Source of the DNA: an uncultured Candidatus Rokubacteria bacterium
GTDB lineage: Bacteria > Methylomirabilota > Methylomirabilia > Rokubacteriales > CSP1-6
Assembly: GCA_963771355.1 (NCBI GenBank)
Contig: CAVYTA010000006.1
Coordinates: 608,001 to 672,000 of the forward strand
Direction: 5' to 3'
Length of the DNA stretch: 64,000 nt
Under the pieces are notes generated by a model that was given only the letters and a program-made list of their open reading frames with translations, searched no databases and had not been told where the DNA came from. This document shows, one piece after another, positions 29,874-39,531 of this stretch. How positions within the stretch are numbered: position 1 is the first letter of the stretch; every line of letters starts with the position of its first letter. A program made the position numbers and the translations under genes.

Positions 29874-30772
29874 TCGGCTCCGCGAACGTGGACTACGCGG
29901 TCACCCTGCCGCGGCTGCCGCGCCCGGGCGAGACGGTGACGGGCGGGGAGCTTCTCCGGGATCTGGGCGGCAAGGGCGCCAACCAGGCGGTGGCGGCGCG
30001 CCGCCTCGGCGCCGAGGTACGGTTCCTCGGGGCGGTGGGCGCGGATTCCGCTGGCGAGGAGATTCGCGCCCGGCTCGCCGCGCTCGGCATCGGCGTGGAG
30101 GGGCTCGTCACGGTCCCGGCGCCCACCGGCGCCGCGCTCATCTTCGTGGACGCGGCGGGGGCGAACCAGATCGCGGTGGCGCCCGGCGCCAACCACGCGC
30201 TGTCCGTGGCGGCGCTGGCACCCCATGCCGAAGCGCTGGCGTGGGCCGAGGTGGTGGTCTGCCAGCTCGAGCTCCCGCTCCCGGTGGTGCGCTGGGCGCT
30301 GGCGGAGGCGCGGCGCCGAGGTGCCGCGACCATCCTCAACCCCGCGCCCGCCCAGGATCTCGACGACGAGCTCCTTCACCTCGTCCGCTATCTCACGCCC
30401 AATGAAGGCGAGGCGGGCCGGCTCGCGGGCGTCGAGGTGACCGGGCTCGAAACGGCGCAGCAGGCGGGGGACCGGCTCGTCGAGCGGGGCGCGGCGGTCG
30501 TGATCGTCACCCTGGGGGCCGACGGCGCGCTGGTCTGCGGGGGGAAGGGCCCCATCCACTATCCCGGCTTTCGCGTGACCGCGGTGGACACCACCGCCGC
30601 GGGCGACGCCTTCACCGGCGCGCTGGCCTCGGGCCTCGCCGCGTGGGGGTCCCTGGAGCAGGCCCTGCCGCTGGCGAATGCGGCGGCGGCGCTGACGTGC
30701 ACGCGTCCGGGCGCACAGGCCTCGCTCCCGGATCGCGCCGCCGTGGACCGCTATCTCCGGGAGCGGAGCTAG
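29855..30772 (+). CDS. rbsK: Ribokinase
   Basis: GGKGANQAVAA, TPNEGEA and VDTTAAGDAF. Confidence 0.9.
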   Translation: MPRVCVVGSANVDYAVTLPRLPRPGETVTGGELLRDLGGKGANQAVAARRLGAEVRFLGAVGADSAGEEIRARLAALGIGVEGLVTVPAPTGAALIFVDAAGANQIAVAPGANHALSVAALAPHAEALAWAEVVVCQLELPLPVVRWALAEARRRGAATILNPAPAQDLDDELLHLVRYLTPNEGEAGRLAGVEVTGLETAQQAGDRLVERGAAVVIVTLGADGALVCGGKGPIHYPGFRVTAVDTTAAGDAFTGALASGLAAWGSLEQALPLANAAAALTCTRPGAQASLPDRAAVDRYLRERS

Positions 30773-31953
30773 CGCGCGATCCGGGCTCGCAGCGCCGCGA
30801 TCCGCACGAGGGCCGCCTCCACCGTGCTGCGGCGGAGCCGTCCTTCCGCGAGGGCCCGCCGCACCGCCGCCACCACTCGCACCGCCGCCCGCGGCTCCCG
30901 CCGCGCGTTGTTGTCCGCGATCAGGAGGATGTCCACCCCGGCGACGAGGGCCAGGAGGGCCGCGTCCTCCACCCCGTAGTGCTGGGTGATGGCGCCCATG
31001 AGGAGATCGTCCGAGACCACCACGCCCTTGAAGCCGAGCTGGGCCCGCAGGAGCCGTCGGACGGTATACCAGGAGAGCGAGGCGGGATGCCAGGCATCGA
31101 GGCGGCGGTTGAACACGTGTCCGAGCATGACGCTGTCGGCGAGCCCCTCCGCGATGAGGGCGCGATAGGGGGCGAGCTCCACGTCGAGGTCGGTGGTGTC
31201 GGTGACGTCGGTGAAGCCGTGATGGGAGTCCAGGCGGCTGCTGCCGTGCCCGGGGAAATGCTTGAGGGCGGTGAGCACCCCCGCGGCGTGCATGCCTCGG
31301 ACGAAGGCGCGCGCGTGCGCGGTGACCTCGGCCGGATCCCGCGAGTACGTGCGGCCCAGCGCGACCACCGCGGGATTGGCGGGGTTCACCGCCACGTCCA
31401 CCACCGGCGCGAGGTTCCAGTTGATGCCGGCCTCGCGCAGCCGCGCCCCCAGGCGCCGCGCGTCCAGCTCGGTCTGGGCCACGTCCCCGGAGTCGCCCAG
31501 CTCCTGGGCGGAGGGCGTGGCCGCATAGCCCGCGCGGGTAGAGAGGCGCATGACGCGTCCGCCCTCCGCGTCGGTGGCCACGAGGAGCGGCCGGCCCGCG
31601 CAGCGACGGGCCAGCGCCTGGGCGTCCGCGGTGAGGCGCGCGAGCTGCTCCGCGCCGGCGATGTTGCGGGGCTCGCGCGTGACGGCGTCGCGCTCGAACA
31701 GGATGAGGCCGCCGACCCGCACATCGCAGATGAGGGCGCGCAGCTCCTCGTTGCCCTCGACCTCGGTGCCCCGAAAGCCTACCAGCAGGAGATCGCCCAC
31801 CGCCAGGGGCGGTCGCCGGCTCGCGGCGTCGCCCGTCGTGGAGCAACCCGCGAGCACGGCGACGGCGGTGAGGGCGGGCACGAGCCAGCGTCGCGCGCGC
31901 CGAGCCGCTGCACAGGCGGGCCGCGCGGCGGGCCTCGACCGAGCCCCCGTCAG
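30769..31953 (-). CDS. GH3 beta-N-acetylhexosaminidase (NagZ-like) lipoprotein; probable CTG start
   Basis: Lipobox VLAGC; DAEGGRVMR, KHFPGHG..DSH and VSDDLLM. Confidence 0.87.
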   Translation of the reverse strand: MTGARSRPAARPACAAARRARRWLVPALTAVAVLAGCSTTGDAASRRPPLAVGDLLLVGFRGTEVEGNEELRALICDVRVGGLILFERDAVTREPRNIAGAEQLARLTADAQALARRCAGRPLLVATDAEGGRVMRLSTRAGYAATPSAQELGDSGDVAQTELDARRLGARLREAGINWNLAPVVDVAVNPANPAVVALGRTYSRDPAEVTAHARAFVRGMHAAGVLTALKHFPGHGSSRLDSHHGFTDVTDTTDLDVELAPYRALIAEGLADSVMLGHVFNRRLDAWHPASLSWYTVRRLLRAQLGFKGVVVSDDLLMGAITQHYGVEDAALLALVAGVDILLIADNNARREPRAAVRVVAAVRRALAEGRLRRSTVEAALVRIAALRARIAR

Positions 31954-32771
31954 AACGCGCTCCGGACGGCCGCCACCAGCCGTCGCACGCGCTCGACGTC
32001 CACCGGGTTGCCGACCACGCCGTCGCGCTTCACGGCGGTCCCGACGATGAGCCCGTCCGCCACTGCCAGGAGCTCGGCCGCCGTTCCCGGGGTGGCGCCC
32101 GAGCCCACCAGGAGCGCGACATCCGGCGCCGCGTCGCGCACCCGCTTGAGGTCGCCGGGCGCGGTGGCTTCGCCGGTGGCAGCGCCGGAGACGATGAGCC
32201 CGTCGGCGAGCCCGCGCTCGAGGCAGTCGCGCGCCTCCTGCTCCAGCGTGACGGCGGCCAGCGGGGCCGCGTGCTTGGTGCGCACGTCGGCGAGGATGCG
32301 GACCTGGGCGCCGAGGAGGCGGCGCTCGCGGAGGAGCGCGTGGGCGTCTCCCTGGATGATGCCCTGATCGGTGAGCGTGGCCCCCACGTGGACGTTCACG
32401 CGGATGAAGCGCGCGCCCACCGCCACCGCCACCGCGAGCGCCGAGCGGCCATCGCTGCGCAGCACGTTGATGCCGAGCGGGAGCGGCGCCGCGTCCGCGA
32501 TCCGGCGGGCCACCGCGGCCATCGCCGCCACGGTGGCGGCGTCGACGCGGCCCGCGGTGAAGGGGACGTCGTGGAAATTCTCCACCAGCAGCGCGTCGGC
32601 GCCGCCCTCGGCCAGCGCGCGGGCATCGGAGACGGCCCCGCGCGTCACGTCGTCGATGGAGCCCGCCCACCGGGGGCTCCCCGGGAGCGGCGCGAGGTGC
32701 ACCATGCCGATCACGCCGCGCGCGACGCCGATGATGGGACCGAGTCCCGCGCGCGCGTCGGGCAAAGCCAT
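31950..32771 (-). CDS. BtpA/SgcQ family protein
   Basis: IGMVHLAPLPGSP, ENFHDVPF, GINVLR and SGAATG. Confidence 0.92.
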   Translation of the reverse strand: MALPDARAGLGPIIGVARGVIGMVHLAPLPGSPRWAGSIDDVTRGAVSDARALAEGGADALLVENFHDVPFTAGRVDAATVAAMAAVARRIADAAPLPLGINVLRSDGRSALAVAVAVGARFIRVNVHVGATLTDQGIIQGDAHALLRERRLLGAQVRILADVRTKHAAPLAAVTLEQEARDCLERGLADGLIVSGAATGEATAPGDLKRVRDAAPDVALLVGSGATPGTAAELLAVADGLIVGTAVKRDGVVGNPVDVERVRRLVAAVRSAF

Positions 32772-32808
32772 GGCGAAATGATAGCACGCGGAGTATCATC
32801 GATTCGGA

Positions 32809-33099
32809 ATGAGCCCCGTCGACGTGGCGCGTCCACCACGCGTGTTCTACGGATGGTGGGTGGCCCTGGCGTTCGTGATCATCGTGTTCCTCACCACCGG
32901 CGTACGCTTCACCGTCGGCCCCTTCCTCAAGCCCATCGTGTCCGACCTCGGGCTCGATCGCGGCAGCTTCTCGCTGGTGATCTCGCTGTCACTGTTCCTC
33001 TACGGCGCGTTCATGCCGCTGGTGGGCGGTCTGGTGGACCGCATGGGCGCGCGGCTCATGCCGCGGCCCGAGCCGCGGCCCGTCGCGGGTGGCCGATGA
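32809..33099 (+). pseudogene. Internally deleted MFS transporter
   Basis: FYGWWV N-terminus, TM1-2 and motif A (GGLVDRMGAR), followed directly by a short tail; 96 aa versus about 400 for an MFS. Confidence 0.75.
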
Positions 33100-33157
33100 G
33101 CGACCACCGACACGTGATGCGCGAGCCGCCGCTCCGCCACGCCTCGCCGCTCCCCGG

Positions 33158-34246
33158 GTGACGGGCGTGCGCGTCCTGCGCGAGCTTCTCGCGCGTGCGC
33201 TCGGGCGACCGCGTCCGACCAAGCGGGCGCTCGTGCTTGCCGGAGGCGGCGTCATCGGCGGCATGTACGAGGTGGGCGCGCTGGCCGCCCTGGACGAGGC
33301 CCTGCCGGGCTTTCACGCCAACGACTTCGACGTCTACGTGGGGTCGAGCGCGGGCTCGGTGGTGGCGGCGCTGATGGCCAACGGCGTCCGGCCCCTCGAC
33401 CTCTACCACATCCTCGAGGAGAGCCGTGACGACCCGCTCAACTTCCACAGCGGCTCGGTGTACCACCGCGGGGCGGTCGCCGACGCGGGTCGCAGCTTTC
33501 TCCGTCTGGTGTGGGCGGTGGGCAAGAACCTCGCCACCAATTTTCGCCTGGACTGGCCGGACATCCTCGCCCGCAGCCGGCCCGACATGCCGGCCGGCTT
33601 CTTCTCGGTGCGGCAACTGGAGGAATTCCTTCGGCGCGCCTTTCTCGCCCGCGGCATCCCCAACGACTTCCGCGCCTGCGTGCGGCCCCTGCTGATCCCC
33701 GCCATGGACCTGGATCGCGCCGAGCGGGTGGTGTTCGGCACCGGGGCGTTCGCCGAGGTGCCGGTGTCCGAGGCGATCGCCGCGTCGTCGGCGATTCCCG
33801 GTTTCTTCGAGCCGTTTCGCATCGGGGAGCGCGATTTCATCGACGGGGACGTCGGGCATACCGGCCACGCCGACCTTGCCGTCCAGGCGGGGGCGGACGT
33901 GGTGGTGGTGGTGAATCCGCTGGTCCCCCTCCGCACCGACGGGCGGGCGCCCGCGCTGCGCGGGCAGGGGCTCTACGGGATCCTGGAGCAGGTGGGCCGG
34001 ATCAATAGCCAGTCGCTGCTGGAGCTGGGCCTGCGCGAGCTCGCGCTGCGGCGTCCCGGCATCGAGATCCATCTCGTGCAGCCTCCGGCGCTGGACACGC
34101 CTCTCTTCGGCCCGTCCATGGGGTTCGAGGCGAGCCGTCAGGCGCTCCGCTTCGGTCACGACTCCGTGGAGCAGTGGCTGGAGCGAGAGGGCGCCCGGAT
34201 GCGACGGCGCTTCGGCGTCTCGGCCGCCGGAAGCGCCCAGACCTGA
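33158..34246 (+). CDS. Patatin-like phospholipase
   Basis: LAGGGVIG, GSSAG, ASSAIPG and DGD. Confidence 0.9.
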   Translation: MTGVRVLRELLARALGRPRPTKRALVLAGGGVIGGMYEVGALAALDEALPGFHANDFDVYVGSSAGSVVAALMANGVRPLDLYHILEESRDDPLNFHSGSVYHRGAVADAGRSFLRLVWAVGKNLATNFRLDWPDILARSRPDMPAGFFSVRQLEEFLRRAFLARGIPNDFRACVRPLLIPAMDLDRAERVVFGTGAFAEVPVSEAIAASSAIPGFFEPFRIGERDFIDGDVGHTGHADLAVQAGADVVVVVNPLVPLRTDGRAPALRGQGLYGILEQVGRINSQSLLELGLRELALRRPGIEIHLVQPPALDTPLFGPSMGFEASRQALRFGHDSVEQWLEREGARMRRRFGVSAAGSAQT

Positions 34247-34336
34247 GCGATTGCGGACGGTCGTCCGCGACACGCGACTCGTTGGCCTCGCCCGAGGGTT
34301 GCCGTGCCCGCGCGGGGCGGTGTATCCTCGCCTGCC

Positions 34337-34846
34337 ATGGCCTCTCCCTCGCCGGTGGGTGTGCTGGTTCTTCACGGGCCCAACCTCAATCTTCTCGGGC
34401 GGCGGGAGCCCGCGGTGTACGGGCGGACCTCGCTGGCCGAGGTGAACCGCCTCCTCGAGCGCCACGCCACCGCGCGGGGCGCGCGGGTGAGCTGCCGGCA
34501 GTCCAACCACGAAGGGCAGCTGATCGACTGGATCCAGGGAGCGGCGGGCGAGGGCTTCGGCGCGGTGGTGCTCAACCCCGGCGCCTTGACCCACTACTCG
34601 GTGGCGCTTCGCGACGTGATCGCGGCGGTGGCGCTACCGGTGGTGGAGGTTCACCTCTCGAACATCCATGGCCGCGAGGAGTTCCGGCGTCACTCGGTGA
34701 CGGCGGCGCCGGCGGCCGGCCAGATCTCCGGCTTCGGTCCGCAGAGCTATGTGCTCGGGGTGGACGCCGCTCTCCACCTGCTCGCCCGCCGGGGGGCCTC
34801 GCCCCGTGCGCGGGCCCGCCGCCCGGCCTCACGGCCGGCGCGGTGA
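34337..34846 (+). CDS. aroQ: Type II 3-dehydroquinate dehydratase
   Basis: HGPNLNLLGRREPAVYG, QSNHEG and EVHLSNIHGREEFR. Confidence 0.96.
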   Translation: MASPSPVGVLVLHGPNLNLLGRREPAVYGRTSLAEVNRLLERHATARGARVSCRQSNHEGQLIDWIQGAAGEGFGAVVLNPGALTHYSVALRDVIAAVALPVVEVHLSNIHGREEFRRHSVTAAPAAGQISGFGPQSYVLGVDAALHLLARRGASPRARARRPASRPAR

Positions 34847-34917
34847 ATGTCGGGCCTCACCCCGGCGTCCTATCCCTCGAGTAGTGGGCGCGGGGGCCGC
34901 GCGTCGGGCCCCCGGTC

Positions 34918-36018
34918 GTGACCACGGGAGACGTGCCTCCCGTCCCCGAGGAGGCGGAGCTGATCCGCCGCTGCCAGGCGGGCGACGTCTCCGCCTTCGA
35001 GCCCCTCGTGGAGAAGTACCGGCAGCGGGTGTGGCGGCTCGCCTTTCAGGTGCTGCGCGACCGGGAGGAGGCGTGGGACTGCGCCCAGGAGGCATTCGTC
35101 CGCGCCTTCCAGTCGCTGTCGCGCTTCCGTGGCCAGTCGGCCTTTTACACCTGGCTGTTCCGGATCACCGTGAACGTCGCAACGGATCGTCACCGCTCGC
35201 GCAGTGCGAGGGCGCGCGCCTTCGGACCCGAGCAGGTGCCGGAGGAGGAGTGGGCGCGCACCGCGACGGATCTCGGCGGCAAGCCGGACGACGCCGCGCT
35301 CGGCGCCGAGCGGCGCGCGCGCATCCAGCAGGCCCTCGACTCCTTGCCGCTCAAGGCGCGAACGATTATCATGCTCAGTGATATCGAAGGGTTGTCATAC
35401 CGTGAGATCTCCCAGGTCCTCAATTGCCCCATCGGGACGGTGATGTCCAGACTGCATAACGCCCGCAGAAAGCTGCGGGCGCTCCTCGGCCCGATGCTCG
35501 TCGCGCTGCTCGTCCTGGGCGGAGTCCTCGACGTGGGCGCCGCGTGGGCGCAGCCGGTCGTCCGCTTCGGCGTCCGCGTGCTCCAGGCCTCCTCGTCCCC
35601 GCCGCCCACCGCGGTGCCCGCGGCCCCGGGACAGCGGCCGGGCGTTTCCGGGTCTCCCGTCCCGGGCACGGCTCCCGAGGTGGAGACCGACGAACGCCTG
35701 CGGGCCATCCTGCCCCGGTTGCGTACCCTGTTCCGGTACACCGACTACACGACCCTCGACCGGCAGCGGGCCGAAGGGCCGCTGGGCACGCTGCAGCGGT
35801 TCACGCTCCCCGGTCCGCGCCAGCTCGAGGTGACGCCGGACCAGCTCCAGGGCAATTCGGTCCGGATGCGGGTGCGGCTCCTCCGCGACGATCAGCCCGA
35901 GCTTCGCACCGTCATCGTCGCCGCTCCCGGCGCCCCCGCGGTGCTGGGTGGCCCCTCTCACGGCGACGGAGTGCTCATCATCATCCTCTGGGCCAACCCC
36001 AACCCCACGGACCGGTGA
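34918..36018 (+). CDS. ECF sigma factor fused to a TM/signal segment and a C-terminal extracytoplasmic domain
   Basis: Region 2 (QEAFVRAFQ..FYTWLFRITVN) and region 4 (GLSYREIS..GTVMSRLHNAR), then MLVALLVLGGVLDVGAAWAQ and about 150 more aa. Confidence 0.88.
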   Translation: MTTGDVPPVPEEAELIRRCQAGDVSAFEPLVEKYRQRVWRLAFQVLRDREEAWDCAQEAFVRAFQSLSRFRGQSAFYTWLFRITVNVATDRHRSRSARARAFGPEQVPEEEWARTATDLGGKPDDAALGAERRARIQQALDSLPLKARTIIMLSDIEGLSYREISQVLNCPIGTVMSRLHNARRKLRALLGPMLVALLVLGGVLDVGAAWAQPVVRFGVRVLQASSSPPPTAVPAAPGQRPGVSGSPVPGTAPEVETDERLRAILPRLRTLFRYTDYTTLDRQRAEGPLGTLQRFTLPGPRQLEVTPDQLQGNSVRMRVRLLRDDQPELRTVIVAAPGAPAVLGGPSHGDGVLIIILWANPNPTDR

Positions 36019-36020
36019 GC

Positions 36021-37544
36021 ATGAGCGAGGAGCGCTACTTCCGCGAGCGGGCCCGCATCGAGCAGGGACACCTGAAGTACCGCGACAAGCTCCGCGAAGA
36101 AGGCAAGCTCTTCGTTCGCGACCGCCTCAAGCTCCTCCTCGACCCGGGCTCGGAGTTCCAGGAGGATTTCCTCTTCGCCCGCAATCAAGAAGCGGACACG
36201 CCCGCCGACGGCGTGGTCACCGGGGTGGGCATGGTGGGCGGGCGTCCCGTCTGCGTCATGGCCAACGACTACACGGTGAAGGCGGGGTCCTGGGGCGAGA
36301 AGACGGTGCAGAAGATCGTCCGCATCCAGGAACGCGCGGAGCGCCTCCAGCTTCCGCTCCTCTACCTCGTGGACGCCGCCGGCGGGCGCATCTCGGAGCA
36401 GATCAAGATCTTCCCCGGGCGCTATCACGCCGGCCGCATCTTCTACAACGAGGTGCGGCTGTCCGGGGTGGTGCCGCAGGTCTGCATCCTCTTCGGGCCG
36501 TCGCCGGCCGGCTCCGCGTATCTGCCCGCCCTCACCGACCTCGTCATCATGGTGGACGGCAAGGCGAGTCTGTACGTCGGCTCGCCCAGGATGGTCGAGA
36601 TGGCGATCGGCGAGAAGACGACGCTGGAGGAGCTGGGGGGCGCGCGCATGCACTGCACCGTCTCGGGCTGCGGCGACGTGCTCGCGGCCACGGACGAGGA
36701 CGCCATCGCGCTGGCCCGCCGCTATCTCGCCTTCATGCCCGGCTCGTACCGCGACCGGCCCGCACCGACAGAGGCGGCGCCACCCAAGCCGGGCCGGGCC
36801 ATCGAGGAGATCGTGCCCTTCGACCAGCGCAAGTGGTTCGACATGTACGAGCTGATCGACCGGATCGTGGACGCGGACAGCTTCTTCGAGGTGAAGCGGC
36901 TCTTCGCGGCGGAGATCGTGGTGGGGCTCGCGCGCCTCGGGGGCCGCGCGGTGGGCGTCGTGGCCAATCAGCCCAAGGTCAAGGGCGGGGTCCTGATGGT
37001 GGACTCCTCCGACAAGGCCGCGCGCTTCATCAATCTCTGCAATGCCTTCAATATCCCGCTCGTCTACCTCGCCGACGTCCCCGGGTTCATGGTGGGCAGC
37101 AAGGTCGAGCGGGCGGGCATCATCCGCCACGGCGCCAAGATGGTGTTCGCGACCTCGCAGGCCACCGTGCCGAAGATCTGTGTGGTGGTGCGGAAGTGTT
37201 ATGGCGCCGGCCTCTATGCCATGTGCGGTCCCGCCTTCGAGCCCGACGCCGCCCTCGCGCTTCCCCAGGGGCAGGTGGCCATCATGGGGCCGGAGCCCGC
37301 CGTCAATGCCGTCTACTACAACAAGATCATGGAGCTGCCGGAGGCGGAGCGCGCCGCCTACGTCAAGCAGAAGCGGGACGAGTACGCGGAGGACGTGGAC
37401 ATCTACAAGCTGGCCTCGGAGATGCTCGTGGACGGCATCGTGTCGGGTAGCGAGCTGCGCGACGAGCTGATCAAGCGGCTGACCTTCGCCGAGTCGAAGC
37501 AGCACGCCTTCCCGCCCCGGCGCAATCCCGTCCTCCCGGTCTGA
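36021..37544 (+). CDS. Acyl-CoA carboxylase carboxyltransferase (beta) subunit
   Basis: PADGVVTG, DAAGGRISEQ, LGGARMH, KAARFINLC and DVPGFMVG. Confidence 0.93.
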   Translation: MSEERYFRERARIEQGHLKYRDKLREEGKLFVRDRLKLLLDPGSEFQEDFLFARNQEADTPADGVVTGVGMVGGRPVCVMANDYTVKAGSWGEKTVQKIVRIQERAERLQLPLLYLVDAAGGRISEQIKIFPGRYHAGRIFYNEVRLSGVVPQVCILFGPSPAGSAYLPALTDLVIMVDGKASLYVGSPRMVEMAIGEKTTLEELGGARMHCTVSGCGDVLAATDEDAIALARRYLAFMPGSYRDRPAPTEAAPPKPGRAIEEIVPFDQRKWFDMYELIDRIVDADSFFEVKRLFAAEIVVGLARLGGRAVGVVANQPKVKGGVLMVDSSDKAARFINLCNAFNIPLVYLADVPGFMVGSKVERAGIIRHGAKMVFATSQATVPKICVVVRKCYGAGLYAMCGPAFEPDAALALPQGQVAIMGPEPAVNAVYYNKIMELPEAERAAYVKQKRDEYAEDVDIYKLASEMLVDGIVSGSELRDELIKRLTFAESKQHAFPPRRNPVLPV

Positions 37545-37557
37545 GGCGGCGCGCGGC

Positions 37558-38325
37558 ATGAGCGGTGCCTCGGCCGTCGCGAGCCTCGTCCTGGCGCTGC
37601 GATTCCTCACCATCGTCCCGGTGCCGGGACGCGCGAGCGCGGGGCCGGCCGCGCTGGGCCGCGCCGCCTGGTGGTTTCCCCCGGTGGGCCTGGCGCTGGG
37701 ACTGGTCCTGGCCGGCGCCGATCGCGCGCTGCTGCTGGTGTTCCCTTCGCTCCTCGCCGCCGCGCTCGTGGTGACCCTCTGGAAGGTCCTCACCGGCGGT
37801 CTGCATCTGGACGGCCTGGCCGACGGCCTCGACGGCCTTGCCGGCCGTGACGCCGCACACCGGCTCGCCATCATGCGCGACAGTCGCATCGGGGTCTTCG
37901 GTGCGGTGGGAGTGATCCTCGCTCTTCTCCTCTCGCTCGTGGCCCTGGCCGAGCTGCCCGCGCCGGCGCGCGCGGCCGCGCTGGTCCTGGCTCCCGTGGT
38001 GGGTCGGCTGGCCCCGCTGCTGACGGGCGCGCTGTTCCCCGCGGCGACGCCCTCCTCGGGCGCGGGCGATGCCTTCATGGCGTCTCTGCCGCGCGCGGCC
38101 GGTCTCCTGTACGGAGCGGTGGTGGTGATCCTCGCCGGTTTCTTGCTCGGCCCACGGGGCGTCGCGATGGTGGCGACGGGAGTCGCCGCGGCGATGATCT
38201 GGTCCGCCTTCCTCGTCCGCCGGGTGGGGGGACTTACCGGAGACGGGCTCGGCGCCGGCGTGGAGCTGGCGGAGCTCGGGGTGCTGCTCGCGGCGTCGGC
38301 CGACGTCCGACTCACCGGAGCCTGA
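37558..38325 (+). CDS. cobS: Adenosylcobinamide-GDP ribazoletransferase (cobalamin synthase)
   Basis: TGGLHLDGLAD..IMRDSRIGVFG and GGLTGD. Confidence 0.94.
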   Translation: MSGASAVASLVLALRFLTIVPVPGRASAGPAALGRAAWWFPPVGLALGLVLAGADRALLLVFPSLLAAALVVTLWKVLTGGLHLDGLADGLDGLAGRDAAHRLAIMRDSRIGVFGAVGVILALLLSLVALAELPAPARAAALVLAPVVGRLAPLLTGALFPAATPSSGAGDAFMASLPRAAGLLYGAVVVILAGFLLGPRGVAMVATGVAAAMIWSAFLVRRVGGLTGDGLGAGVELAELGVLLAASADVRLTGA

Positions 38326-38934
38326 GTGTCCACGACCGTCTATCTGGTGCGGCATGGCGCGGTGGTCGGCGCCGAGACCCGTCGCTTCATCGGACATCTC
38401 GACGTCCCGCTCTCGCCGCACGGCGAGGCGCAGATCGCGGCCCTGGGCCGGCGCCTGGCCTCGGTGCGCCTGGCGGCGGTGTACTCGAGCGACCTCGTGC
38501 GGACGCGACGGAGCGCCGAGATCCTCGCCGCGCCGCACCGCCTCGCCGCCTTGCCTCTCGCCGGGCTCCGCGAGTTCGCCATGGGGCGCTGGGAAGGACT
38601 CACCGCGGAGGAGATCCGCGCCCGGGCGCCGGACGCCTTCACGGCGTGGATGGCGGATGTGGGGCGCTTCCAGTTTCCCGGCGGGGAATGTCTCGAGCAG
38701 GTGGCGAGCCGGTCCTGGTCCGCCTTCGAGGACATCGTGGCCGCCCACGAGGACCAACCGGTCGCCATCGTCGCCCACGGCGGCAGCAACCGCGCGATTC
38801 TGTGCCGGGCCCTGGGCATTCCGCTGGCGCGACTGCTCGCGCTGGGCCAGGACTATGCCGCGCTCTCCGTGCTGGAGCGGATGGCGGGACGCTGGTCGCT
38901 CACCCTGCTGAACCATCGCGAGCCCCTCGCCTGA
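38326..38934 (+). CDS. cobC: Histidine phosphatase, probable alpha-ribazole-phosphate phosphatase
   Basis: LVRHG, SSDL.R, LREFAMGRWEG and VAHGG; adjacent to cobS. Confidence 0.8.
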   Translation: MSTTVYLVRHGAVVGAETRRFIGHLDVPLSPHGEAQIAALGRRLASVRLAAVYSSDLVRTRRSAEILAAPHRLAALPLAGLREFAMGRWEGLTAEEIRARAPDAFTAWMADVGRFQFPGGECLEQVASRSWSAFEDIVAAHEDQPVAIVAHGGSNRAILCRALGIPLARLLALGQDYAALSVLERMAGRWSLTLLNHREPLA

Positions 38935-39039
38935 GCGAGGGCCACCGGGGGGTGACCAGTTTTTTGGACACTTGAAACACCGAGGCTCCGGCATCACCAT
39001 CGCCAGGACTTCTGACGCCAGGGACCCGCGGGGACACTC

Positions 39040-39531
39040 ATGAGAGGAGCAGACGACATACCCGGCGACGGACTGAGGTCGAGGCGCCTCTCCGGTACGC
39101 GCCACCGTTCGAGAGCCGCCGGTTTCACCCTGGTCGAGATCCTGATCGCGGCGGCGGTGATCGGGCTCGGGCTGGTGGGCGTCGCGGCGGGATTCCTCCA
39201 TGCCGTCGGTGGGCTCGAGGCCGGCCGGCAGCAGACGACGGCGGCGTTCCTCGCCGAGCAACGGATCGAGCAGCTCAAGGCGGGCGCGCTGAACCGCTTC
39301 CTGGAGGTGACCACCGCCAACTATCCCAGCGAAGGGTACGGGAGCGTCTCGAGCAACGGCAACCCGATGCCGAGCTACCGGCGTACGGTCACGATCGTCG
39401 ACGCGCCGGACGGGCTCGGTCGCACCAAGCTGGTGGAAGTCACCGTGTCCTACCGGCCGGTGGTGGGGTTCGGCGTCCTGGCCGCCGAGCGCCAGGTTCG
39501 CCTCTCGGCCCTCCTCACGGATCGCACATGA
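39040..39531 (+). CDS. Type IV minor pilin/pseudopilin (PilV-like)
   Basis: Class III signal AG|FTLVEILIA. Confidence 0.85.
   Translation: MRGADDIPGDGLRSRRLSGTRHRSRAAGFTLVEILIAAAVIGLGLVGVAAGFLHAVGGLEAGRQQTTAAFLAEQRIEQLKAGALNRFLEVTTANYPSEGYGSVSSNGNPMPSYRRTVTIVDAPDGLGRTKLVEVTVSYRPVVGFGVLAAERQVRLSALLTDRT

Noticed and set aside
30769..32799. Apparent 676-aa ORF and other long N-terminal extensions (54883 argS, 35544 carboxyltransferase, 2462 pstA)
   Set aside because: The extensions overlap upstream genes in another frame and are low-complexity; real starts lie downstream
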